This document shows, in pieces, positions 11,730 to 23,700 of a DNA stretch of 64,000 bases. The stretch covers positions 954,833 through 1,018,832 of the forward strand of contig MU053376.1 in the NCBI GenBank assembly GCA_013239625.1. Direction: 5' to 3'. Position 1 is the stretch's first letter. Every line of letters starts with the position of its first letter. A program made the position numbers and the translations under genes. Source of the DNA: Lama guanicoe. Taxonomy: Eukaryota. The notes under the pieces were generated by a model. The model saw nothing but the letters and a program-made list of their open reading frames with translations. It made no database searches and was not told the DNA's origin.

Positions 11730-14700
11730 CTAAAGAGATTAGAAACAAAAAGATTTCTTTCAGTATCAACTTAGACCAGTTACTTCCAAGAACAGATACA
11801 GTGACGGATGCTGGATGATGCGTACAAGCACACGCGGGCTAAGAATTTCCCCCCTTTAAAGCCAACCCCATTACTCTTTATTGAAGCAAAAATAAACCCC
11901 AACCCCAGTTCTTTTCTCACCATTGCCCCGAAGAGGGGAAAAAAGGCAAAATGATCAGAGTCCTACACAATTTCCAAGCTGCTAACCGTTCTCCAGGGTG
12001 TTAACAAATAATGCTTTATATTCCAAAAAGCACAGTAGGTACAGGACGTTCTAGGGTACTGCTTCTTTCAGTCTTTCATATATTAGACCAATTCGCCACT
12101 AAATGATTAATGGTGAGGAACAAACCCTTTTCCGAAAACCCCAGTTCCTCAGGTGGTAACTCTCATCACCTCAGAATCCCAAATACTGTGAGATATTAAT
12201 GAAAACTATCGTCGGCATTTCTACAAGCCAACAGTTGATCAATACATAAAATCCTCAGCAGTAAAATCAAATGAACACTTCCCTGATTACTCCATAGAAG
12301 CTGTTCAATCTCTGAGGGACATCCTTAAATGGGCTGCTGTGAAATATTAACTAGGAAGTGTAAAAAGAGAACAAGGTGAAAAAAACCTCCCAGTGTTATG
12401 TGAAATGGGGAAGAACATGCCACTTGAAGGTGAAAATGGTTAAAAATAATTGCCCAAGTTAGGAAAGAAAAGTACCTGTTTGTAAACTTTGCTTTTAAGT
12501 GGATTTTTAAAGTTCAAGCACCGATGAGAACTGGCAATAAAAATAAATTCTGATTTGCCTGAGAACAGACTGAAATTATGAGATACAAATTCTCCTGGAT
12601 GCTACGTGTTAAAAATCAAATTTATACTGTATATGTAGTTCAGTAGGATAAAAAGTGTATTTAAGCATCTGTTTTTCAGATCTCTCAACATAAAAGGCAG
12701 TAACCTTCTGGATTGATTTTTTTATTTTTGATCTTGAGATAAAAGAATCTACTCCACAGGACTCAATATCATGCCTTTAACACTTTAAGGCTAGTTTTCC
12801 TGATCTTTTCCACAGGTACGCTGACCAATCTAGCTTTAACAGTTTAAAAATGAATACAACATTGACATTTAAAGCCAAAATCATAAGGAAAAAGTGGCTT
12901 GCACTCAAGATGACTAATGAGCTACATTATACTGATTATCTGAGGTCAGTTAATGTTTCTGTATCATCCTGTTTCCTGTGAACACACCAAAAACAAAGCT
13001 CGATGAGGCATCAGGCAACAAACCAAAACAAGAGCAAGCAGGTCTAGGAGCAAGACAAGACAGACAGAAATGGCAACAAAGGAGAAGACCTGTTGTTAAA
13101 AATCTGCCCCAAAGATATGTTACCATTCAGCTGTAACGTGATGGAAATCTCCAGCAATACAAAATGAAGAAAAATTCAGTTCATGATGAACAGATGTTAC
13201 TGGTACCCCCCAAAAGCAGCCGAGTCAGGGTGGCCAATTGGGTATTAAGTTTTTAACGTGACCTTTGTCATCTAAGACCACAAAGAATGAGAAACATATC
13301 CATCTAGCCATCTGATTTTAGCAGGAATTCATAAATTAATCTGAGAGACCGATCGTTTTTTTTTTTTAAGGGAAACGAAAGGGGGGGAAACCCTACCAGT
13401 CATTTAAGACAATCACAGATTCAGTAAGCAAACAGGGTATGGTTCAGAGGCCCAGGGTGGTCGGCCAGCACCAGAAGGGCAGTCGTGCCACCAAAGGCAG
13501 TAAAACCTGCACAAGGTCTGTCGCTCCCCAGAAGTGACACCTCTGCTCATTCTGGCCTTTGTCACCCCCAACAGACCCAGATGCACACCACCCCCTTCAG
13601 GCCCACCATCCCACAAGGCCTTCAGACCACATACGTGACAGACCACAACTCTGTCACACTTGTTACAAACACACTGATGTTTACTGCCAAGGACTCCTAG
13701 TTCTTGGGCAATCCCTGAGCACTCAGTCACAGGGCAACTGGAACACTGGTGGTTCTCCTCATCGCTCAAGTTTCTATCCTGAGGACTGTCCTCTGGACAA
13801 GTAACTGGGGGGAATCTGACAGATGGTGCTACGTCAATCCGGACTTCCCGGAAAGTCCCCAGCTCAGGGTTACCCTCACCAAGCTTCACTGATGGGTCCT
13901 CACTCATCACAGAAAGTGTGTCTTCATGGATGTCAGTCCACCGGTAGTTTCTAATACCAATGAGCTGTTTGATAGGGAAGAATTTTCTATAGCTCGTTCC
14001 AGGCGGTCTACTTCTATGGTGGTCTATATGTCTTCCAACTGTCCCCTGAAATGCATAATCTCCTGTTGCAACATGCACCGGACTGTAGCCACTGTGTCAG
14101 GGCTAATCAGGGTCTGTTGAAATAACTGATCAATTGCAGATGTTAAACAGCTGGCATTTATCTGACTTGAGCTGCAACACAGCCTTCACCTATAATTCTG
14201 CCTTCAAATAAGTTGACTCTCATATAAAAATAAGGCATTTGTAGGGAGGGGAGGTCCATAAAGCACTGAATCTACAAATAGACCTGTCAGACTGAACTGA
14301 TCTTTGAAGATGGTCCAGCTTCAGGAATGTAGGATCAGGATTCATTTCTTAATATCTGGTAGAAAATCCACAATGACAGCATGCTGCTTTCTACTGAAAA
14401 TCTCCAAGGTGTGGGAAAACATGAAAAATAAACACCAGAGAGTTTTTACCTCGGAGGCCTTGGGGAGCATGGGTCAGCCAGCCTCTGCCTGCTCTAGGCC
14501 CTCCAAGCCAAATACGGTATTGGATGAAGCCCCACCCTCGCCCAAAGACGCCCAACACAGAAGGCATGATAGGCTATCCTGAAACTGAGACTTCTGATGG
14601 CATTATGTGATACTCAGTTTCACCACTCTCCCCCAGATTCAGCCTTCATAAAGACCCAAACTGCACTGCAGCTAGTCGATAAAGCTGGGTACAGCCCTTC

Positions 14701-17700
14701 TGGGAAATCTTGGGACTAAACCACAATGTCCCTTTTGAGGCTTAATCTTAATGGCCTCAAAACACTCAGCACACTCTGGAGCTTGACCTGGCCATTTCAG
14801 TTTTGGAGATTTCCATTCAGGAAAAGGCCAAGGAACCAAGGCCGGAGAAGAAAGGAGAAAATGGGAAGAAGGAAGTACAGATTAAATGGCGAAGTATGCA
14901 GTGCACACAATCATGACAAGATGATAAAATGTTTGCTGTAATCTCTGCAGTTGTCTTGTCTGTGTGGTGTCAGCGTACCATCACTCTGGCCCTGTTATGT
15001 AAAAGTCTCTAGTCCTTTTTGTTTTTTTAAATAAATTTTATTTTTATTTTATTTATTTATTTTTAATGTTTTTTTTCCTTTTCTTTTTTTTTAATGGAGG
15101 TACTGGGGATTGAACCCGGGACCTTCTGCATGCTAAGCATGCGCTCTACCACTGAGCTCTACCCTCCCCCACAAACGTCTCCTCTACTCCTTTTTAAAGG
15201 GCGAAGCCATTAAAATGGTTGTCTCTATTTAAGGCTGACCAACTCAAGTGCCTGATAAAAACAATGTAGAAAATAAAATATCCAGCCTGAAGCAGCCTGC
15301 TATTTCAAGATAGAAGTTCCAGCCTTTAATGAGGTTGGTACCTTCTCAGCTAAGTGAGTGGGAATAAACTTCTAACAGGCCCTTGATAACGACACCCACT
15401 CTTGCTAGAAGGAGCTCTGAAATGCTGACTTGTACAAGCCCTAAACTGTGTCTTTTACACACAACTTAAAATTTCAGTGCAGTATTTTGAGAACTTCAGG
15501 GAATAAAAAGGCCCATTCCTTTACAGCTAAGTAAACTGTCCAACATTTAGATGCTTCTGAAGCATAGCTGAAAAACACCACTGTTACACTTTAGGCTGTA
15601 AAATGTAACAGTACTTCATGGCACCTTTGACAAAAACCCAATTTGGAAAATGCAGAAAAGTTTAGCTACTGTTAGTGACCATATCAGCTGTAATTAAAAG
15701 TTGAAATCACTGTATTATAGAGAAAAAAATGTTTAGTTTTTAAAAACTTCAAATGGTTTATTTACCACACACTTCGTATAAAAAAGTATATGATTAATTA
15801 CAGACAGATTCTGAAGACACTAGGAAAGTATGTCCTAGAGAATTTCAATTAATTTAATATGTTTGGCCGTATTTTAAATCAGCCTGAAGCATTTCGGCTC
15901 TTGGAGCCAAGGAAATCTATTTAAACTTTAAACTGTTTCTTCTGTAGTGGCAGCAGCTTATGCAAGAAGCAGATTACGGAAGCATCATTTTCATTTACAT
16001 TAGTTAACTGCAATCGTGGTTGGCAATGCCTATTTAACTCTCCAGGCCATTTTTTAACATATACAGACATAGCCCTGTGATCAGCGGAGCGCCATAAATA
16101 CTGTTGGGGAAAAATGCTGCTGCTCAGCGGTGTAGTGTTGGACTGTGAAAAACTTAAGTCTAAATATAGTGAATTTGAGTGGGAATACACAAAATGATGA
16201 GTAATTGAGTCTGCTTCAGCTTCTCTGCAGAAGAGAAATCATGTTCACAATGATTAAACAATTTTAGGAATTCTGCATTCTAGTGTCTACCATCGCATTT
16301 GGATTAACATATTTAAATTAAAATATTAAAAAGGGGGAAAAAAACCCTAAATACAACCACTAGTATTTTGTCAGTCCTGCCTCTGAATCTACCGACAGAG
16401 TCACAGAAAATTGAGAATACTGTATTAACTAAAGCAGTGTCGATATGCAAAACAAAACAAAAACAATGTTTGAGTAGAAATGGACTCTAATTTGATTACT
16501 ATTTTACAAACAAGAGGCCACTTAACCTAGATTCCCAAGTATTTGATAGGAAATTGAAACTGTTCTCTATCTCCCAATAAAAATCCCTCAATCATATAAA
16601 AGTGAGAAAACTCAGCAAGTTTCAAGAGGTTTAGTTTAGGTGTGAAGCAGCTACATAGTTTCTGTCTTTTTGGTAATCTCTTCCTGTTTGAAAAAACAGA
16701 ACACCTCATCTTGTTCCTTAACATGACAGCACTACTAACAATTGCTTGTTAGGCTACTGGGAGAGAGATAAACACCATCGTTGATTCTAAGCTACTGGGA
16801 AAGAGAAAAACACCATCCTGGGATTTGAATAATTAAAGAGAAAGAAAAAAGATGTTACAGATAAACAGTCAGGGGCACATAAAGAAACTCTTATTTCTGG
16901 TTATCTGCCTGGCTCTTTCATTTGAGACAAAACAAAACAAAAAACCTAGGAGCAAACACAGATGAAAAAATGAATTAAACCAGGGGTTCTTACCCTTTCT
17001 CGGGTCATGGATTCCTACAGGAATCTGGTGAAACATACAGGCATCTTCCCCACAAAAATATTCACAAAGTGTTTTGTATATAAGACCAAGGGAATGGAGA
17101 TCCCTTGAAACCTAGTTATGGACCAAGGTTAAGAGCCACTGAATTAAGCCAAATCTGGTTTAGCCTGCCCTAAGCAGCAGCTTAAAACTCAAAGAATATC
17201 TACCACTGGGAAAAAGGAGGGAAGGGAGGAAAAAATGCTGCAGTTAAACGGAGTCAGGGGCTGTACAAAGCAAGGCCACGAAGCAAGCCAGACAGCGCCC
17301 CCAGTGCGTCCTTACCTGTCAAGGGCTGGCTGAGCTCCGCCTGCACTTTACCCTTCGCTGATCCTTCCAGAGGTAAACCTCTGTCCCCTTTGTAGAGTTT
17401 CGGTTTAAATGGAGAATCTTTCTCTTTACCTTTTGATCCTTTAGGCCGGCCTGCTTGCTTCTTCTTGGATTTGCCATCCCCCTTCACACCCAGTAGTGGA
17501 TGGACTTCTGGAAAAGGACAGAGAGGCATGGCAAGGAATCCACACACCACCAGTCCCATCACCCCACTGAGCACATGCCATGCTACCTATCCATGAGCAA
17601 AGAATCCTGCTCTTGGGTCCCAGGTCCACTAATAGGAGGAGAAAATTTTGCTTTGCTTATTAGTTATGAAACTGTAAGAGTGGTCACTAAGTGAGAAGCA

Positions 17701-20700
17701 GTTGCTTGGCCAAATACACATGGCCTACGTGGTTCACACCAAGCCACAGCAACTCCAGATGGAAAAGGCAGCTGAAAGGCACGCTGGTGCTTTTTCACAC
17801 AAGCCGGCACAGCAACGCACATGTGCACAATGGCATGTGCCAGCAGAAAGGGAATGAGCTTCGGAACCTGACAGACCAGGGTAAGAATTCAGACTCTGTA
17901 ACGGGATTAAAAAGGCTTCCAGAGTCAGACTGTAAAAGTAGGTAGGACGAAGAAAGATTGTCCACGTCTGACTAGCACCCCACCACCTAATGAGAATCTT
18001 GGGGGAAGAGCTGGGGGAAGAAGAGTGGCATTGACACAAGCTCTGCACCAGATGTCAGAAGACTTAAAGTGTGCCATCTTGGGCAGAATATCGAGAGCAG
18101 AATCGCCCCTATTTTAAAAGAGAAGTGAAAGCAGATCAAATTATTACAAAGCTGTAATGCAATGAACACTCATGGGGAAATTCCTTTAAGGGAAAAAACC
18201 ACCCGAATGGGAATCTCCAGATCGTGCTGGAGAATAAAGAGTCGTGTCCATCAGGCGGGAGAGAGAGGACACAGCCCTTACCATCATTTGGTACTCCTTG
18301 CAGCTCAATATTGGTGGTTTTGGGTTTCTTCTTAGGTGGCTGGGACCCATCTGCTGAAGACTGCCTCTTCTTCTCTGAACTAGCCCCTTCGTCCATCAGG
18401 GAGGTTTGGACTGCATCTGGTGGGGGGCCATATGGATTTTCTTCTGGGTCTTCTACCTCAGGGGCAATGGGTAAATATAACAGAGCCTTTGAATCTTCCA
18501 GCTCTTCATCACTATTTGGAACAGGATCAGAAAAGGGACAGGAAAAAGAGGAGAAAGTTGCTTAAACCATGAACCCTTCCTCTAGGGCAGAATCATCTAC
18601 ATTAACCATAAGCAACAGGTATGGGGCTGAAATTTTAAGAAAGTCAAGACAAGTAAAAGGAAATCAGACAACATGGTTAATAAAATCAGTAGGAAAAATA
18701 AATGGCATAAATGGCAAAGCCTTTCTTAAGATTTTCTACCAATGGAGAAGGGAAGGGATATCGTATACACCAAAGGAGTTATCTCTTTGAGCAAACAAGC
18801 AGATGGGACTGAAGGAACAGCCGGGAGCTGAGCGGCACAGCACCAGAGACTGAGGAGGAGGAGCGTCCCAAGGCCCAGCCTTCAGCGGTGGCTCACCTGC
18901 TACAGAAGGCAGCAATAGGGTCCACACTGGTGACATCCACTTCCTCGTCCTCTGCAGCATCAGCCCCTGCAGGACAGAAACACGGCAGAGGTGTGAGAAG
19001 TGGAAAACTGCTTTTTACATGCAGCTATGGCTGTCAGAGACTGAAACCCAGGAGACACAAAGGAGGAAAACCGAACACTTCGTTTCACTTAGTCATTCAG
19101 CAAGTATGTGCTGAATTTCCATCATATGCTAGGCACTGGGAATAGAGCAATGCCCAAGAAAGCTGGGAACAGTCCTTCAGTAAAAGCTTCGTAAGTCTAA
19201 CTGGGGAGATAGACACAAACAGATAACTTCAGTTCAATACAGCAAGGGCTACAGTACAGGCGTATGCAGTGCGCTGAGGAGATGGGAAGGGGAAACCACC
19301 TACGTAGAAGTTTGGGAAGGTCTCACACCACAGTCCAGTAACACCCACAGAAACCAGAATATCCTGGAACCTTGGTCTTCCTAAGACACATGAGGCACGT
19401 AAGTTACCTAGTATCACAAAAGTGAGGACCAGCACTTCGAAGCTGAATTGGGAGAGAACTAACCTCAATCCCAATTCCCTGATTCCTGGCACCACCAAGT
19501 GCCACAGGAGGCAGTGACCCATGACATTAACTACTCACTGACAGTGCCAACTGGGCACGCGAAGCATTCAAACACACAAACCCCTGCCAGATGTAAAGCC
19601 CTGTGTTCAGACACCATGGGAAATAAAGTCAAATGTTTATTCTCAAGGAGCTTCCTATCTAGACGTTTAGAAGCCAAGAAATAAGAGTAACAATGATCAC
19701 AATCGTAATGATAATAGAAAATAACACCTGAATGCTCATTGTGGCCTAGACACTACTGTGAGTGCCTTACATGAATCATCTCACTTATTCGCCACAGCCC
19801 TAAAAGGCAGGTACTGTCATTACCCCTACTTCACAGATGAGGAAGTTCAGGTTTAAAGAGGAAGTATTCTGCCCAAGGCAGTCTTACTCCAGAGCCCATG
19901 CTCTTACCCTCTTCTTACTGACAGAGGAGGGACAACACCTGACACCAGCTGAGCACCCAGCATGTGTGGGTGGCTTTGCTAGGTGCTGCAAGCAAGTCCT
20001 CATTCAATCATCTGCAATTAGTCAGGAAATACAAAGTGAAACGTTAAAGGAGTTGCTTGAACCCCAGTGATGCCCCTGTATGACCTTAGTCAACGCCTTA
20101 CAAACCAAGATTCTAAAAACAGTCACAACTGTGTAAGCTTAGGGAAAAAAAATGACACTTTAGACTAAGTGTTGAAATAAATTTTCAACACAAATTAAGA
20201 ATGAACACTGAGGAAAACAATCATTTTTTTCCTTTGGGAAATACTACCTCCAATTGAGGAATATTACCTGTCTGCTCGGGCTCGCTCTTATCTTCATCTT
20301 CAATATCAAACTCTGATTCCCTTTCTTCATATTCTACATTTTCATCCAATTCTTTGAAGTCTGGCGCAAATGCACTCCAATTTTCCTATGCCACAAGCAA
20401 AACATACGACTCAACCATGTGAGACAGCAATAGTCTGTAATCTAGACATTAATGACATAAATGAAAGATCTGAGCATGAAAGAGACTTAAAATTCTGAGA
20501 TCAAATTTAGCAGATAATAAAAAATTAGGTATCTATAGGTTTTACTATACTACCTTAAGGTATTTCCTATCTTAAACATTCCAAGCTATTAACTATAGTT
20601 CTTTCATAAAAAACTGCCTTCTTTAATCTTTTTAAGATAAAATTCTGTGGTAAAATGTTTTCTTATGAGTATGTTGATTACAAATATAATTAAAGGTGTT

Positions 20701-23700
20701 TAAAAGAAAACGAAGATGTAAAACAGAAGCTAACTGAGCTGGAAATAAGAAAAGCAAAAGAAAAGTCTATCTCAGATAAGCAATAAAAAAACATAAAAAA
20801 TGTCCCAGAAAGTAAACTAGACTTCCTCCTGGTACACTAGTAAACTGGCTCTGGACCAAGACTTTCCCATTAAAATAAAGCAAAACTAACTGCACTGAAA
20901 TATTTAATTAGATTAGAAGAATCACATGGAAAAGAAAGTAATTTTTGGCTTAGTATTTGTAAGGTTCTTTGATAAAAAAGAAAGAATATCTAGTTTCAAA
21001 GCAATTAAACCAGGAAAATACTTACGACTTGATTTTGTGCCCAGATCGATACCACTCCACTGGAAATGGATGCTATGATCGGTCGAACAGGATGCCACTG
21101 AATTTTAATGAAGCAAAGAAAAATCAGTTCTAAGAATGAATCCAAGATTTTCTGTATTGTGTAAGTAACAACAGCAACCTCTCATTCTACTCACAGCTAC
21201 GTCCAAGAGGAGTTCTCCTCTGGTCCCGTGGAGAATCTTCACCAGGTTCCCAATGCTCTTCTCCCAGATGTACAGGGCATGCTGCCGGGCTGAACCTGCC
21301 ACGATGTATTCCCCATCCCCAGAGAAACAACACTTCTTCCATGGGGTCCTAAAGGACAAAGAAAGTACCCAAGGAGAACCGGAAACTGGCCCCAGGTCAT
21401 GAATTAGCACGCATTCTTCTAGGGTGTGATACACACCTATTCACCAAGTCCTGCAATTTCTGCATGGGCTCAGGCTCTCCATCCCTTCCACAGGTTAAGA
21501 TTTCTCTGCCATCATAGACTCTGATGATTCGATCTGCTGTGTTAATTAGAAAGCAACTACGAAAAGGATAAAAATAACAACATCAGGGTCAGAAATCCGT
21601 TCCTGTTAACATTTTCCATTACTACCAGTTACTTAGAACAGTACGTACCATAAGACAACTACCAAGTTAGGGAGAGAGTGAGTAAAACTCTAAGTAACAG
21701 ACTAGAGTACTTATCTCCCTGTCACTTTCCAAGCCAAAATCCAATGTGAAGTGAGAAAACGTTTTATCCTTCCCACGTATCCCTGAACCCTACATGCACA
21801 AACTAATCATTGGTATTTGACTAAAACCCCAAACCTCTAAATTGAAACCAGCTTCCGGAATTCACAAGCTTACAGTTAAACAAATATACATAAATACTTC
21901 ATTTCTCTGGCCTCTTTCATATACAATACATTCTTCTTAATGAGCTAATAAACTAAATATATCATTTTGGATTGCCCAATTTTTTACTGTAAAGACACTG
22001 AAAGTGCTGGAAATCTGTCTAGAATACAAATCATTTTACTACCTTCTTACAGACTTCACGAACTAACTTCTTAATTCCAGAGAATTTGAACATGAATGTC
22101 CTCTAAGTGTGTATGGTGTTTCTATACAAAATAGGATGACTATTATCTCTCTTACTGACAACCTCTTTTTCTCTTGTTTCTGTTGATATCTGTATCAACT
22201 TCTAGCTGGGTAACCAAACTTATCAGAAAAACACCTGAAATTAAAAGGGTTTAAAACAGGTTTTATGTAAGTAAAGTGCATATTTAGTTACCGTGTGAAT
22301 TCTGTGATCTCAGTTCTAATTATAAGACAGTAATCTTTTCCCAGTGCTTACCATGTGCCTGGTATTTTGGTTCTAAGCACAGACCACTCAGATATCCTTT
22401 CTGTAAAGGAACTGCCTGTTAATCTCAAGATGTGACTGCTGGCTCAAATGCAGTAAATTTTATAAACTTAAGAACCAGATAGTGACAGTTTATAATAACT
22501 ATTTTTTAAGTAAATGTTTTAAAAATTTAAGTATAATTACACAGAAACTGTGACTCTCAATGTGTTTTTGCATTCTACTCACTTTTAAAACTGTTCCTAA
22601 AAAGACAGGTCTCACTCACCTCCCTTTCCGGGCAAACTCTATTGACTTAATGGCTGTGGTATTGCTTGTTCCAGTTGTTACTCTGAATGAAGCAACAAGA
22701 TCCTGAGAATCTGTCTTTAGGACCAAAATCTAAAGTTTAAAAGAGAAAAAAAAGTAAGTATTCTGATAACTTACAATAATTAGATCTGGCTTCTGCTTCT
22801 AAAATTGGGTAAAAATATAAATATCTCTATTCCCATGTATTCAACTTGATTAACTGGTATGGCCTTTGACCTCTTCAATTAAAGGACAGTGTCTTAACTC
22901 ATTCTTTAAATATAATGTTTAACATTACCCACAATGGTCAAAAAGTAGAAGCAACCCAAGTATCCATCAACAGATGAATGGACACACAAAATGTGCTACA
23001 TACACACAATGAGTATTATTCAATATTCAGACTTGGAAAGGAAGGAAAGTCTGACACATGCTACAACATGAATGAATCTTAAGGACACTGTGCTAAGTGA
23101 AATACACCAGTCACGAAAAACCAAATATTGGATGAGTCCAGTTATCTGAAGTACTAGCGTAGCCAAACTCAGAGACAGAAAGTAGAATGAGGGTTTCCAG
23201 GGGTTGAAAGGGAGGAGGGAACAGCAAGTTTATTATTTAGTGAGTACAAGACTGAGTGCAAGATAAAAAGAGCTCTGGAGATAAATGACAGTGCTGGTTG
23301 CACAACAATATGAATGTACTTTATACCACCAAACTATACACTTAAGAATCGGTAAGATGGTAAATTTTGTTACCTGAATTTTACTACAATTTAAAAAAAA
23401 ACTGGCACTCTCTAAAGTAGCCATGAAATTGTCCTAGCCCTTGTGAGCCAGTGGGGAACAAAAAACAAAAAACCAAAAAAACCGAAGTATCTAATGGAAC
23501 TACAAATGCTAATAAGCTTAAAAAGGATCCCAAAGCTCACCTATAGACTGAGCTACCCTAAATTATACAGTATTTCCAGACCAAGATATCACACATTTTA
23601 TCAGCAGTATTCCATCTGATGATGTGATTTTTAAATTTTATAATTTAGCAATGGCCCTTCGTTACTAGTAAAGGCCAGTAAAGGCCCTCCATCCTCTTCT

